Positions 1 through 12,702 are shown, numbered from the stretch's first letter. The stretch: 60,458 nucleotides of DNA from Peribolospora baueri (GCA_029717555.1 JAMDHS010000113.1:1-60458), one strand, 5' to 3'. Notes: a model not told the origin generated them from the letters alone. Made by a program: numbers and translations.

Positions 1-2
1 AA

Positions 3-38
<36 letters not shown>

Positions 39-67
39 GAGGAGAGGAGAGGGCGGACGAGACTCAC

Positions 68-2294
68 AGATCCAAAGACCAGACCGAGGACCATGCCGGG
101 CACGCTCCAGAGCATGATGCGCCTGCGACCAATGATATCGATGTACTTGAGGGCAAAGAGGGTGAAGACAAAGTTGGTGACCGATACCACGAGCGAGACG
201 GCCGTGGGGTTCTTGAAGCCGACGGCGGCGCTGATGTGGGGGAGGGGGGGGGGGGGAGGGCAAAAGGCAAGGTGAGTTTGAGGTTCTAGGATCCCCGGGA
301 GGCCGGGACGAGGAGATCGCTTACAAGATAGTGGCGGAGTAGTCTGATAGATGACGAGGGGCGGAAGAGGCAACATGCGCGTTAACGTCAGTACGGAACG
401 GGCAAGAACGAAGGGTCTAACGAAGATGAGCGGAAGAGGGATGAAGACGCACACATCAAAGTGTTGAACCTGGTTCGCAAAAATAGGGGGGGAAAGAAAG
501 TGGAGGAGCAAACGGCAGCGACGCGTGGGCGGTCAGTCGCAGAGTGTCCATCGAACGAACGGCGGAAAAAAAAAAAAAACGACCCACCCAGATAGCTGCT
601 GCAAGGCCTGCATGCCCATGCTAACCAACATGGCGCGACGGTTGGCACCAACGGTAACCATGGTTCGCACTTTGGCAATCCAGCTCATCCTTTGATCAAT
701 CTCGATAGCCTCGGAAATGCTCACGCCAATCACCTTGACCTTGAGTTCGAGTTGAGCGTCGGTCGAAAACGGGTAGACGCGTCGGAAGACGCGCATCGCT
801 TCGTCGGTGCGGCCTTTGCGGATGAGGTAGCGGGGAGATTCGGGGAGGTAGAGAAGGGAGAGGAGTTGGATGATGGCGGGGATGCCGCCGCCTCCGACGT
901 CGTAGCGCCAGCCGCCTTTGACGCCTGTAGGGGAGGGAAGGGAAGGGAAGGGAAGCGGACGGGGCGTTACGTTTCGAGTGGGGCGACCGAGCAGGGAAGG
1001 AGGGAGAGATGGACTCACTCTCAAAGCCGGCACCGATGCCGTAGGCGACGACCTGACCGAGGGTGATGAACACGACGTTGATGGTCACCAGCCTTCCCCT
1101 GAGCTTCGTCGGGGCGATCTCTCCGATGTAGAGGGGCACAACGAGCGAGGCCGTTCCGACGCCGATACCGATGACGAAGCGTCCAGCAAGCATCAGGCCG
1201 AGGTCCTTCGATGCGGCTTGCATGATAGCGCCGACGAGGAATATGCTAAAGGGGGCGAGGGTTATGGTTGAGCGCGGACGACGAGGCGAGGGACATTTAC
1301 GGGGAGGAGGGACAGGCGCTCACACGTTGGCGACTAAAATGACGGACTTGCGCCCGAACAAGTCTGCGAGGGAGCCGGCGCAGATCGCGCTGGGAGGGCA
1401 GCGAAAGAAGGAAGCATGGACGAAGGGGAAGGAAGGTCGGTCGGCGTATAGTTCAAGTCAAGTCAGGCGGCCGCTGCCTATCATCACTCACCCGATGAGA
1501 GCGCCGAGAGAGGTGCCAGAGGTGATCATCTCCTTGTGCAGGTCCGAGAGCGCGTGTCCGCCGAGGTCGGTGCCGATGGACACGAGCGCTCCGGAGATGA
1601 CGCCTGGATGGAGGACGTTGGGGTGGGCAGAAAGCGGTGGTCAGCAGGGCGCCGCGCGGTGGGAGACCGAAGAGGACGGAGGGAGGGACATACCAGTATC
1701 GTATCCAAAAAGCAATCCGGAAATACCAGCAGTAAAGGCCAAGAACCAGATATACCACCCAGAGCGGTCCTCCTGCTCAGCGACGACGCGAGCCTCGAGC
1801 ACCTCTTCGATCTCCATCGCCTTGCCGTTGCCCGGTTCCGCGGCGCCGGCCTTGGTCTTGGTGACCGTGGGAGCGTCGTCGTCGCCGGGGGGATTGGCGG
1901 ATCGCAGCGACGAGATGTCCGATCCGGCGGTGGCGGCGGCGGCGGCGGCGGCGGGGACGACTTGTTTCGCTTCTGCCTCCACCTCGTCCTTCTCCTCCTC
2001 CTCCCGCTTCTTCTCCACCACATGCTTCTCCTTCTCTTCCTCGATCTTTTCGCAGTTCAAAACGTGGGGGGGGCGAGCGAGATCGCCGTCCGACTTCTTT
2101 TCCATTTCCATCTCCGTTAGGATGGTACTGGAAGAAGAAGAAGAATCGGCCGGGCGGACTGGAGCTAGCAGTCCGCCCGGTGTGGATGGAGCGAAGAGCT
2201 TCTTATCTTCTCCACGGCCGTCGGGGAGGGATTGGGCGGCGGACGCCGAGGAAGGGTTTACTTGGCCGTTGTAGGGGAGTATGGCGTCGGTCAT
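68..2294 (-). CDS. MFS sugar porter, myo-inositol transporter (ITR-like); multi-exon, 3' end runs off the left edge of the window
   Basis: Spliced exons give sugar-porter motifs [62 protein letters not shown] and [11 protein letters not shown] at 2294 (MTDAILP) follows a CT-rich leader. An intron donor at 67 leads off-window. Confidence 0.85.
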
Positions 2295-2412
2295 CTGATC
2301 TGGTCGGGGAAAGGACGGCGTTCTAGGGGGAAGAGGGACCTGAGGTAACCTGTATCTGTAGCTGTAGTGTACGGAGCGGGGGCAGAGAATGCGGGGAGAA
2401 GTGGGGAAGGGA

Positions 2413-2445
2413 AAGAAGAAGAAGAAGAAGAAGAAGAAGAAGAAG
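2413..2445. repeat. (GAA)n microsatellite upstream of the sugar porter ATG
   Basis: About 10 perfect GAA units seen directly. Confidence 0.9.
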
Positions 2446-3433
2446 AGGGAGAGGCGGCGCAAGCGTTGGCCAAGCCCTGACTGACGCCCTCACAGACAGA
2501 CAGACGCGGGCCAAGCGTGGAGGAGAGCCTAAATGTTTGCCGCCGGCGTGCCTGACCCTGACCCTTGACCTGGGCTTGAACTCGATCGCCGCCCCGCTGC
2601 GCGCTTTCCCGTCGTCTCCGTCTTTCCATCTTTTTCTAGAGCCGGTGGCGACACCACACACCCTCCACAACTTCCACCGCCCACTCCCTCGGATCAAGCC
2701 CGACGGCGGCGGCGGCGATGGCGGCGGTGATAGGAGAGGAGGGCGTGGCCCATGGCGCACATGGGATTGCCAGCCTCACGGCAGGCCACCCTAGCGGCAG
2801 GCGCAAGCGCCCACCTCGGCATTCTCTCCACCCGCCCCTCCCCCTCTCCTTCTCCCTCACTACGCCTCTCAAGGCGCTCGACAATGGACAATCGATAATT
2901 CAAAAGAGAAAAGACAAGGCGTGCGAAGTTACTACGACTGCGAGTGCGTACGGCCAGGAAGGAGTGAGAGGGAGAGACAGGCAGAGACAGACACAGAGAG
3001 ACCCGCACCGCGGGCCATGACACGAGCCGACGACAGAGGCGACGACGGGTGTACGAAAGAAACGAGCAAGGGCGCAGAGGGCAGGCGGGGACGGTACGGT
3101 ATGCGAAACGAGAGAGGACGAGAGACAGAAGAGAAAGGGCTGGTGGAATGAATGACTAGGGATGACGGGTATAAGGTATGCTTGAACAAATGAATGAATG
3201 GATGAGCGACGATGGCTGGCGAATGCAAGAGTCATAGGTATGCTAGGATAGCATTGGGGTAAAGGAAAAGCGCTGATTGGTCCGCTCCCGTCGGCCAACG
3301 GGGCCCACGAGCAGCCCGGAGAGCCGCCAAGGGCGAACGAACCAAGGCGACGTCGTAGACCAGACCAGACGCGAACTGGGTCGAACGAGGAAAGCTGAAA
3401 TCGATCGCCGTCGCTTGCGCGCGCCTCATTGTG

Positions 3434-6400
3434 TCAACCTCGATGACCATGGCGGCGAGAACGAAGAGTGCGCTCGACGGCTCGGGCATGCTCCCGCGCT
3501 CTCTCCTCCTCCGGCTGGCGCAAAGGGACAGTGGCGGACCGTCCGAGACCGGCACCGGCGTAGCCCAAGTCTTCGTCCTGACGAGGCGAGGGTGCCGTCG
3601 CCCTATCCGCTGACTTTGGACGCGACTTGGACCTAGCCCTCGTGCGCACGGCCGTCGCGGTGGCCACCTTGGCGTGATGAAGCGAGTGCTCCGTGCCGGC
3701 AAAGGTCGTCAGTCGCGGAGGGGCGCTGAGAGGGAGGGGAGGGGCCAGGTAGTGAGGCGAGCGACTCGGGGTCACCATCTCCATGTCCAAACCGACCAGG
3801 CACGCTCCGCGATCCGCTTCCTCTACCGTAGGCTCAAACGGCGGCTCGGCCTGCCGGCAGCCGTTGCCCCAGCGCACATAATCTCCTGGAGAGCTCGCCG
3901 TCCTGCGACAGATGCCGGCGAGCCCCGGAGGCGTGCCGCCCTGGGAGCGGATCAAGGTCGAAGTCTCGACGTCGATGGCGTCTACCACCGACCGCGCCTT
4001 CGATGGCTCCCGAACGCCTTCCGCGAGGTAGGTGAGCGGACTGCTAAAGACGTAAGGCATGCCCGCTCCGACCCTGCTACGGTGCGTCGGGGATGGAGGC
4101 AAGCAATCGGATGACAAAGATGAGCCGGCGCCCGAATGCCGTTTGATGACACACTCCGCCCTCCAGGACGCCGACACGACGTCGCCAAGGCCCCGATGGG
4201 CCGTCGTGGTGAAGGAACGTGAGCGAGCAGGGAAAGCGCGACTGGCGTTGCGGGGGATACGAGCGCCACCGCCAAACGCGTTAGCCATCACGCTGTCGAT
4301 GCCGAGCGGACCGACGGCCCTTGCGCTCCGCCCGCCCGGGCTCCTGCCGGCGGTGGCCAAAGTCAAGGCGAGCGGAGTTGGCTGGTCGCGAGAATAGTCA
4401 GACGGCGCCGTTCCCGGAGAGACCGGTGCAGAGTCGACGAGCCTTAAGAACGCCGACTCGGATCGCCTCTTGCCCGCTGCGACGGGACTCATAAATGGCG
4501 GCAAAAGGCGGCGAGGCTCGCTCCTCCGGTTGGCCATCCGGTTCTTCGCCCTTGAGCTTCGTGCCCGTCCCTGACTCTTGCTCTCTTCAGAAGCAGCGAC
4601 AAGGTGTACGAGCTCCCGCGTGGCATTCTCGAGCTCGCGAACCAGGTCCGCATCGAGACCGTGCTGCAAAAGCGGTTCCTTCGTCGACGCGACGGACGTT
4701 TCCGATGAAGCGCGATTCTCCACCGACGTCGACTCGTCCGAGCAAGGTATCTCGTCCGTCCCGTCAGAGTATGCCGAGAGAAAAGCCGGGTCAACTCCAT
4801 ACGTCTCACCAGCTCGGGATCGCTCCGGCGTCCTCGGCGCTCCGGCTTTGACCGTCTGCTCGTCCGAGCCCGACGTCGAGTCCATGCCCGGGAACTGCTC
4901 TTCGCTGAGCCGCCTTTCAACTTTTCTGATGTTGATGTTGCCGTTGGCGTTTCGAACCGCATCGCTCTTACCGCCGTCCGTGTTGCTGTGGGCTGTCCTC
5001 GTCGGCGAGGTGATAGTCGCCCAATCAAGCAATCGAGCAGGGCTAGGCCTCGACACGGCCACCCTCGTAGCCACGCCAATCAACGCGACCAATCCGGCGC
5101 TGCTGCTGCTGCTTCGCCTGACGTGGCGCTCCACCCGCTCGAATCCGCTCCTGCGAGGGGTCGTGGGCGCACTCGCGGCCAAAGTCAATCTCGCTCTCGA
5201 CTTGAGCGGCCGAGGCGGCGGCATGAGCAGAGGGGCAGGTCGAGTGTGGTGGAAGGTTGCAACGTCGTATCGCGCATCGAGGTGGCCGTGGCCTCCGTCG
5301 CCGTACTCTCTCCTCCGGCGCCTCACTTGCTCTTCTGCGTACTTGAGATGCGAGGGCGAGAAGGGCGTCAGAGGCCGCTTCATGGAACGACCGCTCTCTT
5401 GTGCATTTGCGAGACGGGGGTCGGAAGCCGCCGACGACCCGTGGGGACCCGTGACGTCCTCGCGGCGCTGGGGAGCAAGGGGGGCCGTCCAAGCTCGGCG
5501 TGCCTCCAGCTTGGGCGCTTCCTGCGGACGGCGCGACGTGTCCTCGGACCTGCGAGCTTTCACATCGACGGCCTCCTCGTACTCCCTGCGGTCCTTCTGG
5601 AAGAAAGTGGACCTCTCCGGGCTGAGCAAGCTCACGCTCGTGTCCGGACTTACAGTACACCCCGTGATGCTACCAAAGCTGTCCCGCCTGTACTGGTGGG
5701 GGCTGGGAATGGGGGAAGAGGAAGAAGAGGAGTGACGAAGATGGCGGTGATGGGCGCCGCCACGAGCGTTGCGAGAGGGAGCCAAAAGAGACGGACTGGG
5801 AGGTAGACTGTCGATGTAGCTGGTGTTGTAGAGACTAGTGTTGGACTGAGCCTCGGGCGGAGCGTAGGAAGACGGCGGCTGAGGAGGAAGCGGGACTGGC
5901 GGAAGGAGGGGCCCGGCGGGCTGCCGGCTCGCGGAGCCTTCGGACCGATTCAGCGAGTTGTGGGCAGCTTCAGACAGACGACGGGCGCCAGAAGCCTCCT
6001 GCCCGTCGAAGGCTGGCCGATCCCTCGTTCCGGATTGATTCAGGACGTGGTCCTGTGCGAAGAAGGAGGAGGACATCGCAGGTGGTACGGCGGGAGCAGA
6101 GGCGGTTCTCATGTGCGAAGGTCGCCGGTGTGAGGCCGGTACCGAGATCTTGTCGTGAGCGTTCGACAGCGGATCCGCCCGTCCGGACGCGTCGGAAGGC
6201 TCGGCGCTCGAATGGGATACGCCGGCGCCGGGGAGCAAGCCGAGCGAGGGGCTTATGCTGATGACCGAGCCTTTGCTTTTGCGCCAATCGTCCTGCCGAG
6301 GCGATCCGAGGGCCTGGATGCCGTCGACGCCCGAGAGACCGAGGAGATTACGAGCCTTGTCCATGTTGCCGCCATAGGGCCTCCTCTGCGTCGTGCCGGC

Positions 6401-7771
6401 GTCGGCGGTAGGGGTCGAGCTGGAACGCGAGTCCGAGTGCCAGAGATGCTCTTTGACTGAACCTTGCTCGCCCATCATCAGGAGCAGGTCGATCGCCAGT
6501 GGCTGTCGCGCGTTCGCTTCCTCTGCCGTCACCGTCCGCGGGACCGTGGCAGGAGGACGGAGGGACGCCGGGGGCAGCAAAGAAACGGTGTGCGCCTCGG
6601 CATCGACTCGACCGCGGACATCGGCGTCTGTGCTTTCTCCGGAAGAGACAGCATATACGTCGGTCGCATGCTGCGACGGCCCACCGGCGGCGTCGACGGC
6701 CAACGAAGAGACACTATCGGTCGAGGGCGCCATCCGAGCGGCCTGTGCGAATGCGGCGGCCCTCGAGATGGTGGGGAGTTCGGCGTCGTCACTGCGACGA
6801 GACGGAGGGAGCGCAGGTCGTCGTTGGCCGTCGAAAAGGGGGACGAAGGACGCGGATCGCCAGTGGCGGCGCTGAGGGTCGTAGGGAGGGCCCCATGCGT
6901 GCGAGCGAGCAAGGTCCGGGTGCGACGTGGAGGGGAGAGCGACCTGATGGATGGGCGGCGAGTTGTCTTGGTGGAGCCTTGAGCGTTCCGAGGATTTTGG
7001 CGATGGTGGCAAAGGCGCCTCGGCGGTCGACTCGGGCTGCCTCTCCCTGGGCGAAGCGGGCAAAGTGACCTTGCCGACGAGCCTGCCGATGGCTCGCCTC
7101 GGTGCGCTCGAAGGCTTGCGCGCGTGTTGGTCGGAGGTGGTGGTGGACGTGGCGGTGACGGTGCCGAGGAACTGAGAACTGAGGCGGCGAAACGTCCTGA
7201 TTGGCCGGAGTCCGGACGAGGAGGGCGGGGAAGGCGATGGCGAAGGGTGGGCGGCGAGGTAGTCGAGGGAGGAAGAAGCGTCTGGACTGGGCAAGCGGGC
7301 GGACTGGGGACTGCGGCCAGACGCCATTGGGCTGGCTGGGAGGACGACGTTGAGGCCGAGGGCGTTGAGGAAGCGCGCCCGCTGTTTGCCGTCCTTGGCC
7401 GCCGCCGCTTCCTCGCCCACCGCCATCACCTCGCCTTCTAGCTGCTGCCTCTCCTCAGCGCGCGGAACGGAGGAGAAAACTGGAGCGGCCCGTTTTCGGG
7501 GTGCGCCGTCGCGCCCAGGCCCCCTAGAGCTACCGCTGTGAACGGCGGCGTGCTCGGAGGCGTCCTGCGCATACAAGCCCGCGAGGTCGCTGTGGCTCCT
7601 GCTCTTCCACGGCGGCGTCTGGGGAGGGTCGGTGGCGTGGAGACGGTGGTGTCTGCCGGACCGAAGCGACGGCGGCCGGTCGGCGGCCGAGGGCGAGGGC
7701 GAAGTAGGAAGGACGAGACGAGCGGTGGGGCGGCGGTGAGAGGGCCGTGGCTCGGGCGTGAGAGGAGCCAT
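3434..7771 (-). CDS. Hypothetical Ser/Pro/Arg-rich low-complexity protein (about 1445 aa)
   Basis: Uninterrupted 4.3-kb ORF, likely ATG at 7771 (MAPLTPEP), CT-rich leader and an AT-rich TATA-like element near 8005. No recognisable domain; a small 3' intron cannot be excluded. Confidence 0.7.
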   Translation of the reverse strand: MAPLTPEPRPSHRRPTARLVLPTSPSPSAADRPPSLRSGRHHRLHATDPPQTPPWKSRSHSDLAGLYAQDASEHAAVHSGSSRGPGRDGAPRKRAAPVFSSVPRAEERQQLEGEVMAVGEEAAAAKDGKQRARFLNALGLNVVLPASPMASGRSPQSARLPSPDASSSLDYLAAHPSPSPSPPSSSGLRPIRTFRRLSSQFLGTVTATSTTTSDQHARKPSSAPRRAIGRLVGKVTLPASPRERQPESTAEAPLPPSPKSSERSRLHQDNSPPIHQVALPSTSHPDLARSHAWGPPYDPQRRHWRSASFVPLFDGQRRPALPPSRRSDDAELPTISRAAAFAQAARMAPSTDSVSSLAVDAAGGPSQHATDVYAVSSGESTDADVRGRVDAEAHTVSLLPPASLRPPATVPRTVTAEEANARQPLAIDLLLMMGEQGSVKEHLWHSDSRSSSTPTADAGTTQRRPYGGNMDKARNLLGLSGVDGIQALGSPRQDDWRKSKGSVISISPSLGLLPGAGVSHSSAEPSDASGRADPLSNAHDKISVPASHRRPSHMRTASAPAVPPAMSSSFFAQDHVLNQSGTRDRPAFDGQEASGARRLSEAAHNSLNRSEGSASRQPAGPLLPPVPLPPQPPSSYAPPEAQSNTSLYNTSYIDSLPPSPSLLAPSRNARGGAHHRHLRHSSSSSSPIPSPHQYRRDSFGSITGCTVSPDTSVSLLSPERSTFFQKDRREYEEAVDVKARRSEDTSRRPQEAPKLEARRAWTAPLAPQRREDVTGPHGSSAASDPRLANAQESGRSMKRPLTPFSPSHLKYAEEQVRRRRREYGDGGHGHLDARYDVATFHHTRPAPLLMPPPRPLKSRARLTLAASAPTTPRRSGFERVERHVRRSSSSSAGLVALIGVATRVAVSRPSPARLLDWATITSPTRTAHSNTDGGKSDAVRNANGNINIRKVERRLSEEQFPGMDSTSGSDEQTVKAGAPRTPERSRAGETYGVDPAFLSAYSDGTDEIPCSDESTSVENRASSETSVASTKEPLLQHGLDADLVRELENATRELVHLVAASEESKSQGRARSSRAKNRMANRRSEPRRLLPPFMSPVAAGKRRSESAFLRLVDSAPVSPGTAPSDYSRDQPTPLALTLATAGRSPGGRSARAVGPLGIDSVMANAFGGGARIPRNASRAFPARSRSFTTTAHRGLGDVVSASWRAECVIKRHSGAGSSLSSDCLPPSPTHRSRVGAGMPYVFSSPLTYLAEGVREPSKARSVVDAIDVETSTLIRSQGGTPPGLAGICRRTASSPGDYVRWGNGCRQAEPPFEPTVEEADRGACLVGLDMEMVTPSRSPHYLAPPLPLSAPPRLTTFAGTEHSLHHAKVATATAVRTRARSKSRPKSADRATAPSPRQDEDLGYAGAGLGRSATVPLRQPEEERAREHARAVERTLRSRRHGHRG

Positions 7772-10122
7772 GGGGTGCGTGGTGAGGCGCGAGGGTGAGA
7801 GCAGCGAGAGCACATGAATAGGGAAGGGGTATACTGTAGAGGAGGGTGGAAGATGGGAAGGAGAGACGGTGAGACGGTGGTACGGTTAGGGGTGAGATAT
7901 AAGGAGCGTGGGCAGGAGAGTCGCGGGTCGCGGAGAGCGGAGCAGAGTCGCCCGTAGGGGAAGGCGATGGGGCGAACTCCTGGCCTGAGATGGGCCATGG
8001 TCATAATATAAACGCCGGCGCACCAAGCTAGCTGGGCCAGGAGCGACTCAGCGAGCGGCGGTGACGACGACGACGACGACGACGACGACGGCGAGGAAGA
8101 GACGGAGACGGACGGACAGGCGGAGCGTGCGACTGAATGGCCGCGGACGATCCCACCTCCTGCCTCACTCTCGCCCTAGCCGGCATCGGCACCGCTACAA
8201 ACGAGGGAGGATAAAGTTTCGACGAGGGACGCATCGCATTTCCCTCCGGCCGGGGCCGGCGTCGTCGTCGTCGTCGATTCCGAAGACGCTCGCTCGTGCG
8301 TCAGGGGCAGGGGCAGGGGCAGGGGGCAGGCCAGGGGCATGGGTCGTCCGGAAACGAGGTGAGATGAGATGAGACGGGCGGACAACGAAGTGCAAGTCGG
8401 TTCTCGTCCAGACGCAAGCTGCGCGTCTTGGCCCAAGTAAGTGCAGAGTGCAGACGTGCGGCACCGCAGCGATGACGGTGTTTGCATGTGCCGGCTGGCT
8501 GGTTGGGATGTCAAGCAAGACGTACCGTACCGTACCGCATCGTATCGTCCCGTAACCGTACCTACTACTCTGGGAGACGCGCGCGCGGTCCACGCGTCCG
8601 AAGCGGACGGAGAAAAGCCAGGCAAGGACAGCGAGGAAAGAAGGAGAGCGGAGGACGGGAACGAGGACGGAGGAAGCAGCGGCAAGGGGTCGGCGCCGCA
8701 CCGCCGCACCGCTGGCAGGGCGGGCGAATATCAGCAAGGTGTTGTGTGCCGCAGCCGGCAAATGCATGTACGAAGCGCACATAGGTTGCGTCCAGTTGCA
8801 AACCTTCCCTCATGGCGGGCCCCGTTGATTCGATGTACGCTGCGCACACGCTCGAGGCCCGAGGAGATGACGGATGAACGGATGGATGGCGAGGGCAAGG
8901 GGGATAAGGATAAGGGACGGCGACGGGAAGGAATTGATCGAGTCGTCCAGTCAGTCGCGCACTGAAAGAAAGCTTCCTTCTTCGACACGACGTTCTCGCG
9001 TTCCTCCGTCCGCCGTAGGCCAGAGTCAATCCGACCCCCCGTCATCTTCTCGACCGAGTACATGCTACGCTTGCTATGCTATGCTGCTCTGCTGTGTGCG
9101 GGCTATGCCGACCTGCTCGCACACCCACCCCGCTCGCTCGCTCCCCCGTGTTCACCCACACACGTACCTAGCCTCTCTTCGTGTCACCTCTCCGCTCCGT
9201 CTCCGCGCCTGCCGCTCGTCGATCACGTCACGTCAGTCGTCGTCCTCAGGAGAGGGGTCCGGAGGAGGGAAGGGCAGCAGCGGCAAGAGGCGGGACGAGA
9301 CTCGACGAGACGCGCACCTCGAGAGGGCTCCGTCCGCGGGCAGCCTAGCACCGCCGTCCGTGGGAACAAGTAGATATCTACTTAAACCGAACTCGCACAA
9401 GGGAAGGGCACGTCCACCGGCGACCGCCACTGTAACTTGCATATTGCTCCCATGGAGTCTCATCTATGTATGGTAGAGTGGACGCGGGCGCCGGATCCCA
9501 TCCCGGCCGTCGTCCTTCCGCCGTCAGCCAATCAATCACTCCCAAGATAAGCAAGTTATTAGAGACCTCTCTATGTCTCTCTTTCCTCCGGCGCCCTTGC
9601 GAGCCCGAGTGATTGGCTGGCTGATTGCTTGATAGACGGATGGTCCGCCCGTTCCGAATACGAGTACACTACGGGCACATACGACCGCCCACTTCCAGGT
9701 GACGTATCCATTTCCAGACCGTTCGAGAAGCTGCGGCGGTGCGGGGAAACGGGAAAAACGACGTGGAAGGGCCGTGCGCCGCCGTCGAAATGTCTGGCCG
9801 GGGGGCGTTATCGTCACGTCATGCACTCATTCAGGGTCTCATCATCGCCGGCCTAGGCCGTGCGTGACCCGCGCGCAGTGAGGTGTCTGAAAGCGGCGCC
9901 TCCGGCCGGTGTGCCAGCAGCCATGCAACAAAGGCAAGGCGAGGCTCCGAAGTATATATACCGGCGAGGGCCAAGTCGTGTCGTGTGACAAGACCACAAT
10001 CGCCCACAACCGCCCTGCTTTCTTCTTCTTGCTCTCTCAGACACTTGCCTGCCCTCGTTCCTTGCTTTCTTCTCCTCCCCCCCTTCGCTCACGTCGACGG
10101 ACACCACCCCACCGCCTTCGAC

Positions 10123-10639
10123 ATGACCAACTCGATCAAGGACCAGACCCGTGAGGTGAGTCGCACCCGACCCGATTGACCTTGCTATCGCTCCTCGTAG
10201 CGCCGCTCACATCGCCTCCTCCCGACGCCCAGCCCCAGAGGCGCTACGCTTCTAACCCATCCCACCAGAAGAAGGTCAAGCGCAACGGGTCGGGCAAGTT
10301 CGCTTGGTGAGTTGCTCCCTCCATGTCGTCGTCGTCCTTCGACTCCGGATTCGCGTTGACCCTTTCCCCCGTCCTTCTCGCCTCGACACGAACGCGAAAC
10401 AGGGGCAAGCCCGGAGACGAGCTCAAGGAGGCTATAGAGGCGGGAGAGCTGGACGACGTGCTCAGCTCGTCGCCCGAAGACGCTTTGGCCGGCGGCTTGT
10501 CCAAGGCGATCAAGGTGCGCAGTCGATCGCGGCAGCGGCCTGGTCTGGCCCGATCGTGCGTGTACCGGCTTCACTGATGGACTTTCTCTCCTTGCGCCCA
10601 CACCGCCTCGTCAATGACGAATAGACCACCCGCTTCTGA
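10123..10639 (+). CDS. Small Stf2/Tma10-like protein (about 65 aa), 4 exons: 10123-10155, 10269-10306, 10403-10514, 10625-10639
   Basis: Spliced product MTNSIKDQTREKKVKRNGSGKFAWGKPGDELKEAIEAGELDDVLSSSPEDALAGGLSKAIKTTRF. The KxxGSGKxxWGKPGDE core matches the yeast Stf2/Tma10 signature. All introns are GT..AG and phase-consistent; TATATATA near 9953. Confidence 0.75.
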
Positions 10640-11339
10640 ACGACCAACCGTCGTCTCATATCGCCCTCCCCGGCTGCTTATGTCCTGGCTGGTGATCGGA
10701 GCGTTTCGGCTCGGCCCGAGTCGTCCTCCGCATGTGCCCGTTTGAATCGCGTCTCGTTTTTTCGCACCCACCTCCCCCACTCCGCCTTTTTCTGTAATCA
10801 CACTTACCTCAATTGTTGCGCTTCGTTTTAGTGGAAAGACGGACCGTCGGCGGCCGTCGTGATCGATGTACGCATGTAGCATATAGGATCGGGAGGCGGG
10901 CCCGGAAGAAAGGAAATGGAGTATAAATGAATATCGTTGCCAATGTCATTGTCCGTTTGTCTGTTCTACCTCAAGCTCGTTGGCGCTTTTTTTTTTTTTT
11001 TTTTTTTTTTTAAAGGTAAAGCGTTTCCGACTTGTTCCGGTCGATCAAGTCTACCACGTAGAGACGACAACTCATCTCGGGACGCTCACCGCGGGCGTCC
11101 CAAAACGAGACGGGCGATGACGGAGGGAGCGGTCCTTTTGTTCACCTCGAGATTAGGAATCGGATTGCGAGAAGCGTGCGAAGGCTAGCTAGAAGTACAG
11201 GACTGAAAGGGGGTTGCGGGTCTACATGTCGAGCCGGGAACGCGAGGGTGGGTTGGCAAGGGAGGAGGGAAGAAGTGGACTGGACCCGATCGGAGTTCCA
11301 AGGTTCTGCATGAGTTGGGTGAAAAAACCAACCAAGTTT

Positions 11340-11987
11340 TCACGACTCTTCATCAATCGCCTTCCACACCGCCTCCGCCTTTGCACGCCGAGCCTTGGCC
11401 TCCTCGTGGTTGTGTTGGCGTCGGGCGAGGCGCTGCGTGCATATCAGGTCAGGTCAGGCCAGGTTGTACGCGCGGGCGGGCGGCGATGGCATCGGAGGAA
11501 GGAAGGGCGACGGGTGAGAAAGGGTACGGCGTCTCCCTTTGCGCTCAGCTTGGCCCTCCACGCCTGGTGACATTGAGTTTGGCTGGCCAAGACGAACCCA
11601 CTCACCTCCCTGCGAAGACAAAGGTTCATCTCGTTCTTGATGTCGTTACAGCCCCCGGTGTACCGGTGGAGGAGGCCGGAGCGGTGGCACTCCTGGAGCG
11701 CTTGGATGAGGTCCTTGCAGGCTGAATCCAATCCACCCATCCGGAGGATCAGGGACACGCGGCGAGTTGGTCATCCGCACCGACCTGATGGACCTCCCGC
11801 GCCCTCGATCTCTCGTTCGCGTTCGCTCACCTATCTGCTGTTGCGATGCGAGTGGCTGGAGGAGGACGAGAAACGACGACGCGGAGCGAACGAAGAAGGA
11901 TGAGACTTTGGCTCTCAAGTCCGTCGACCTCCCTCCCTCCCTCCCTTCTCGCTTGGTATGCGCCGTCTTCGTACTCACTGGGTGCAT
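11340..11987 (-). CDS. CMC2: COX assembly mitochondrial twin-CX9C protein, 4 exons including a 9-nt first exon
   Basis: Spliced MHP|PLASQQQIA|CKDLIQALQECHRSGLLHRYTGGCNDIKNEMNLCLRRE|RLARRQHNHEEAKARRAKAEAVWKAIDEES. MHP start and twin CX9C are typical of Cmc2. Confidence 0.85.
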
Positions 11988-12702
11988 TGCGTGCGAGCCG
12001 TCTGTGTCGTCGCCCGATTCTTGCTCCCAACTCGAGTCGTATGCGAAGTCCTCTCCGAAGTCCGTTGGCTTAGACGCCGGCGCGGAGCGATTAGAATGCG
12101 TTCAAGCAGATCCTCCCAGCCAGAAAAATGGGCGTCTATTTCCACGGCTTGTCGCCGCAGCACGAGCCGGTGTGCGTGGAGCCGTCGTCGTCGTCGTCGC
12201 CGCACTCATATTCGCTCACTCGATCCCATTCACACTCCCTTCTTCCCCTTCCCTTCCCGCCCCCTCGCCCCTCGCCTTCCTCCTCCCCATCCTCGTTCTC
12301 TCCCTCGCCCTCCTTTCACCCACTCCTCCCGCCTGTCTTTGCGCTCAGGCCAGGCACTAAATCGACAGCTGGTCGCGACAGCATTGGTGACCGGGCGGGG
12401 TAAGGCGGGCGACGTCGTGACGTATTCTCAGCGTCTTCGTCGAGTCCCTCCTTTCCGTCACCGCCTCAGAAAGTTGCGACGCTCGGCATTTTTTTTCTAT
12501 CGCCTGTCCCTCTCATCCCCCGCTCGGCGCAGGTGCTCGTGGCCGGACCGAGCCGATCGATCGAAACGCGAGGATCCTATCAGGAACAGTACCGCGCGAC
12601 CTTCCCAGGTGGCCCTGACTTACTGCCGCCCAACGTCACCACCACCCGCCGCATCCTTCCCCTTTCTTTCTTTCCCTCTCCTTCCGTCCCGTCACACGAG
12701 GT

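Noticed and set aside
1171..2274. Long + strand ORF and similar long antisense ORFs (4578-5735, 32760-33881)
   Set aside because: Antisense shadows of GC-rich coding exons on the opposite strand.
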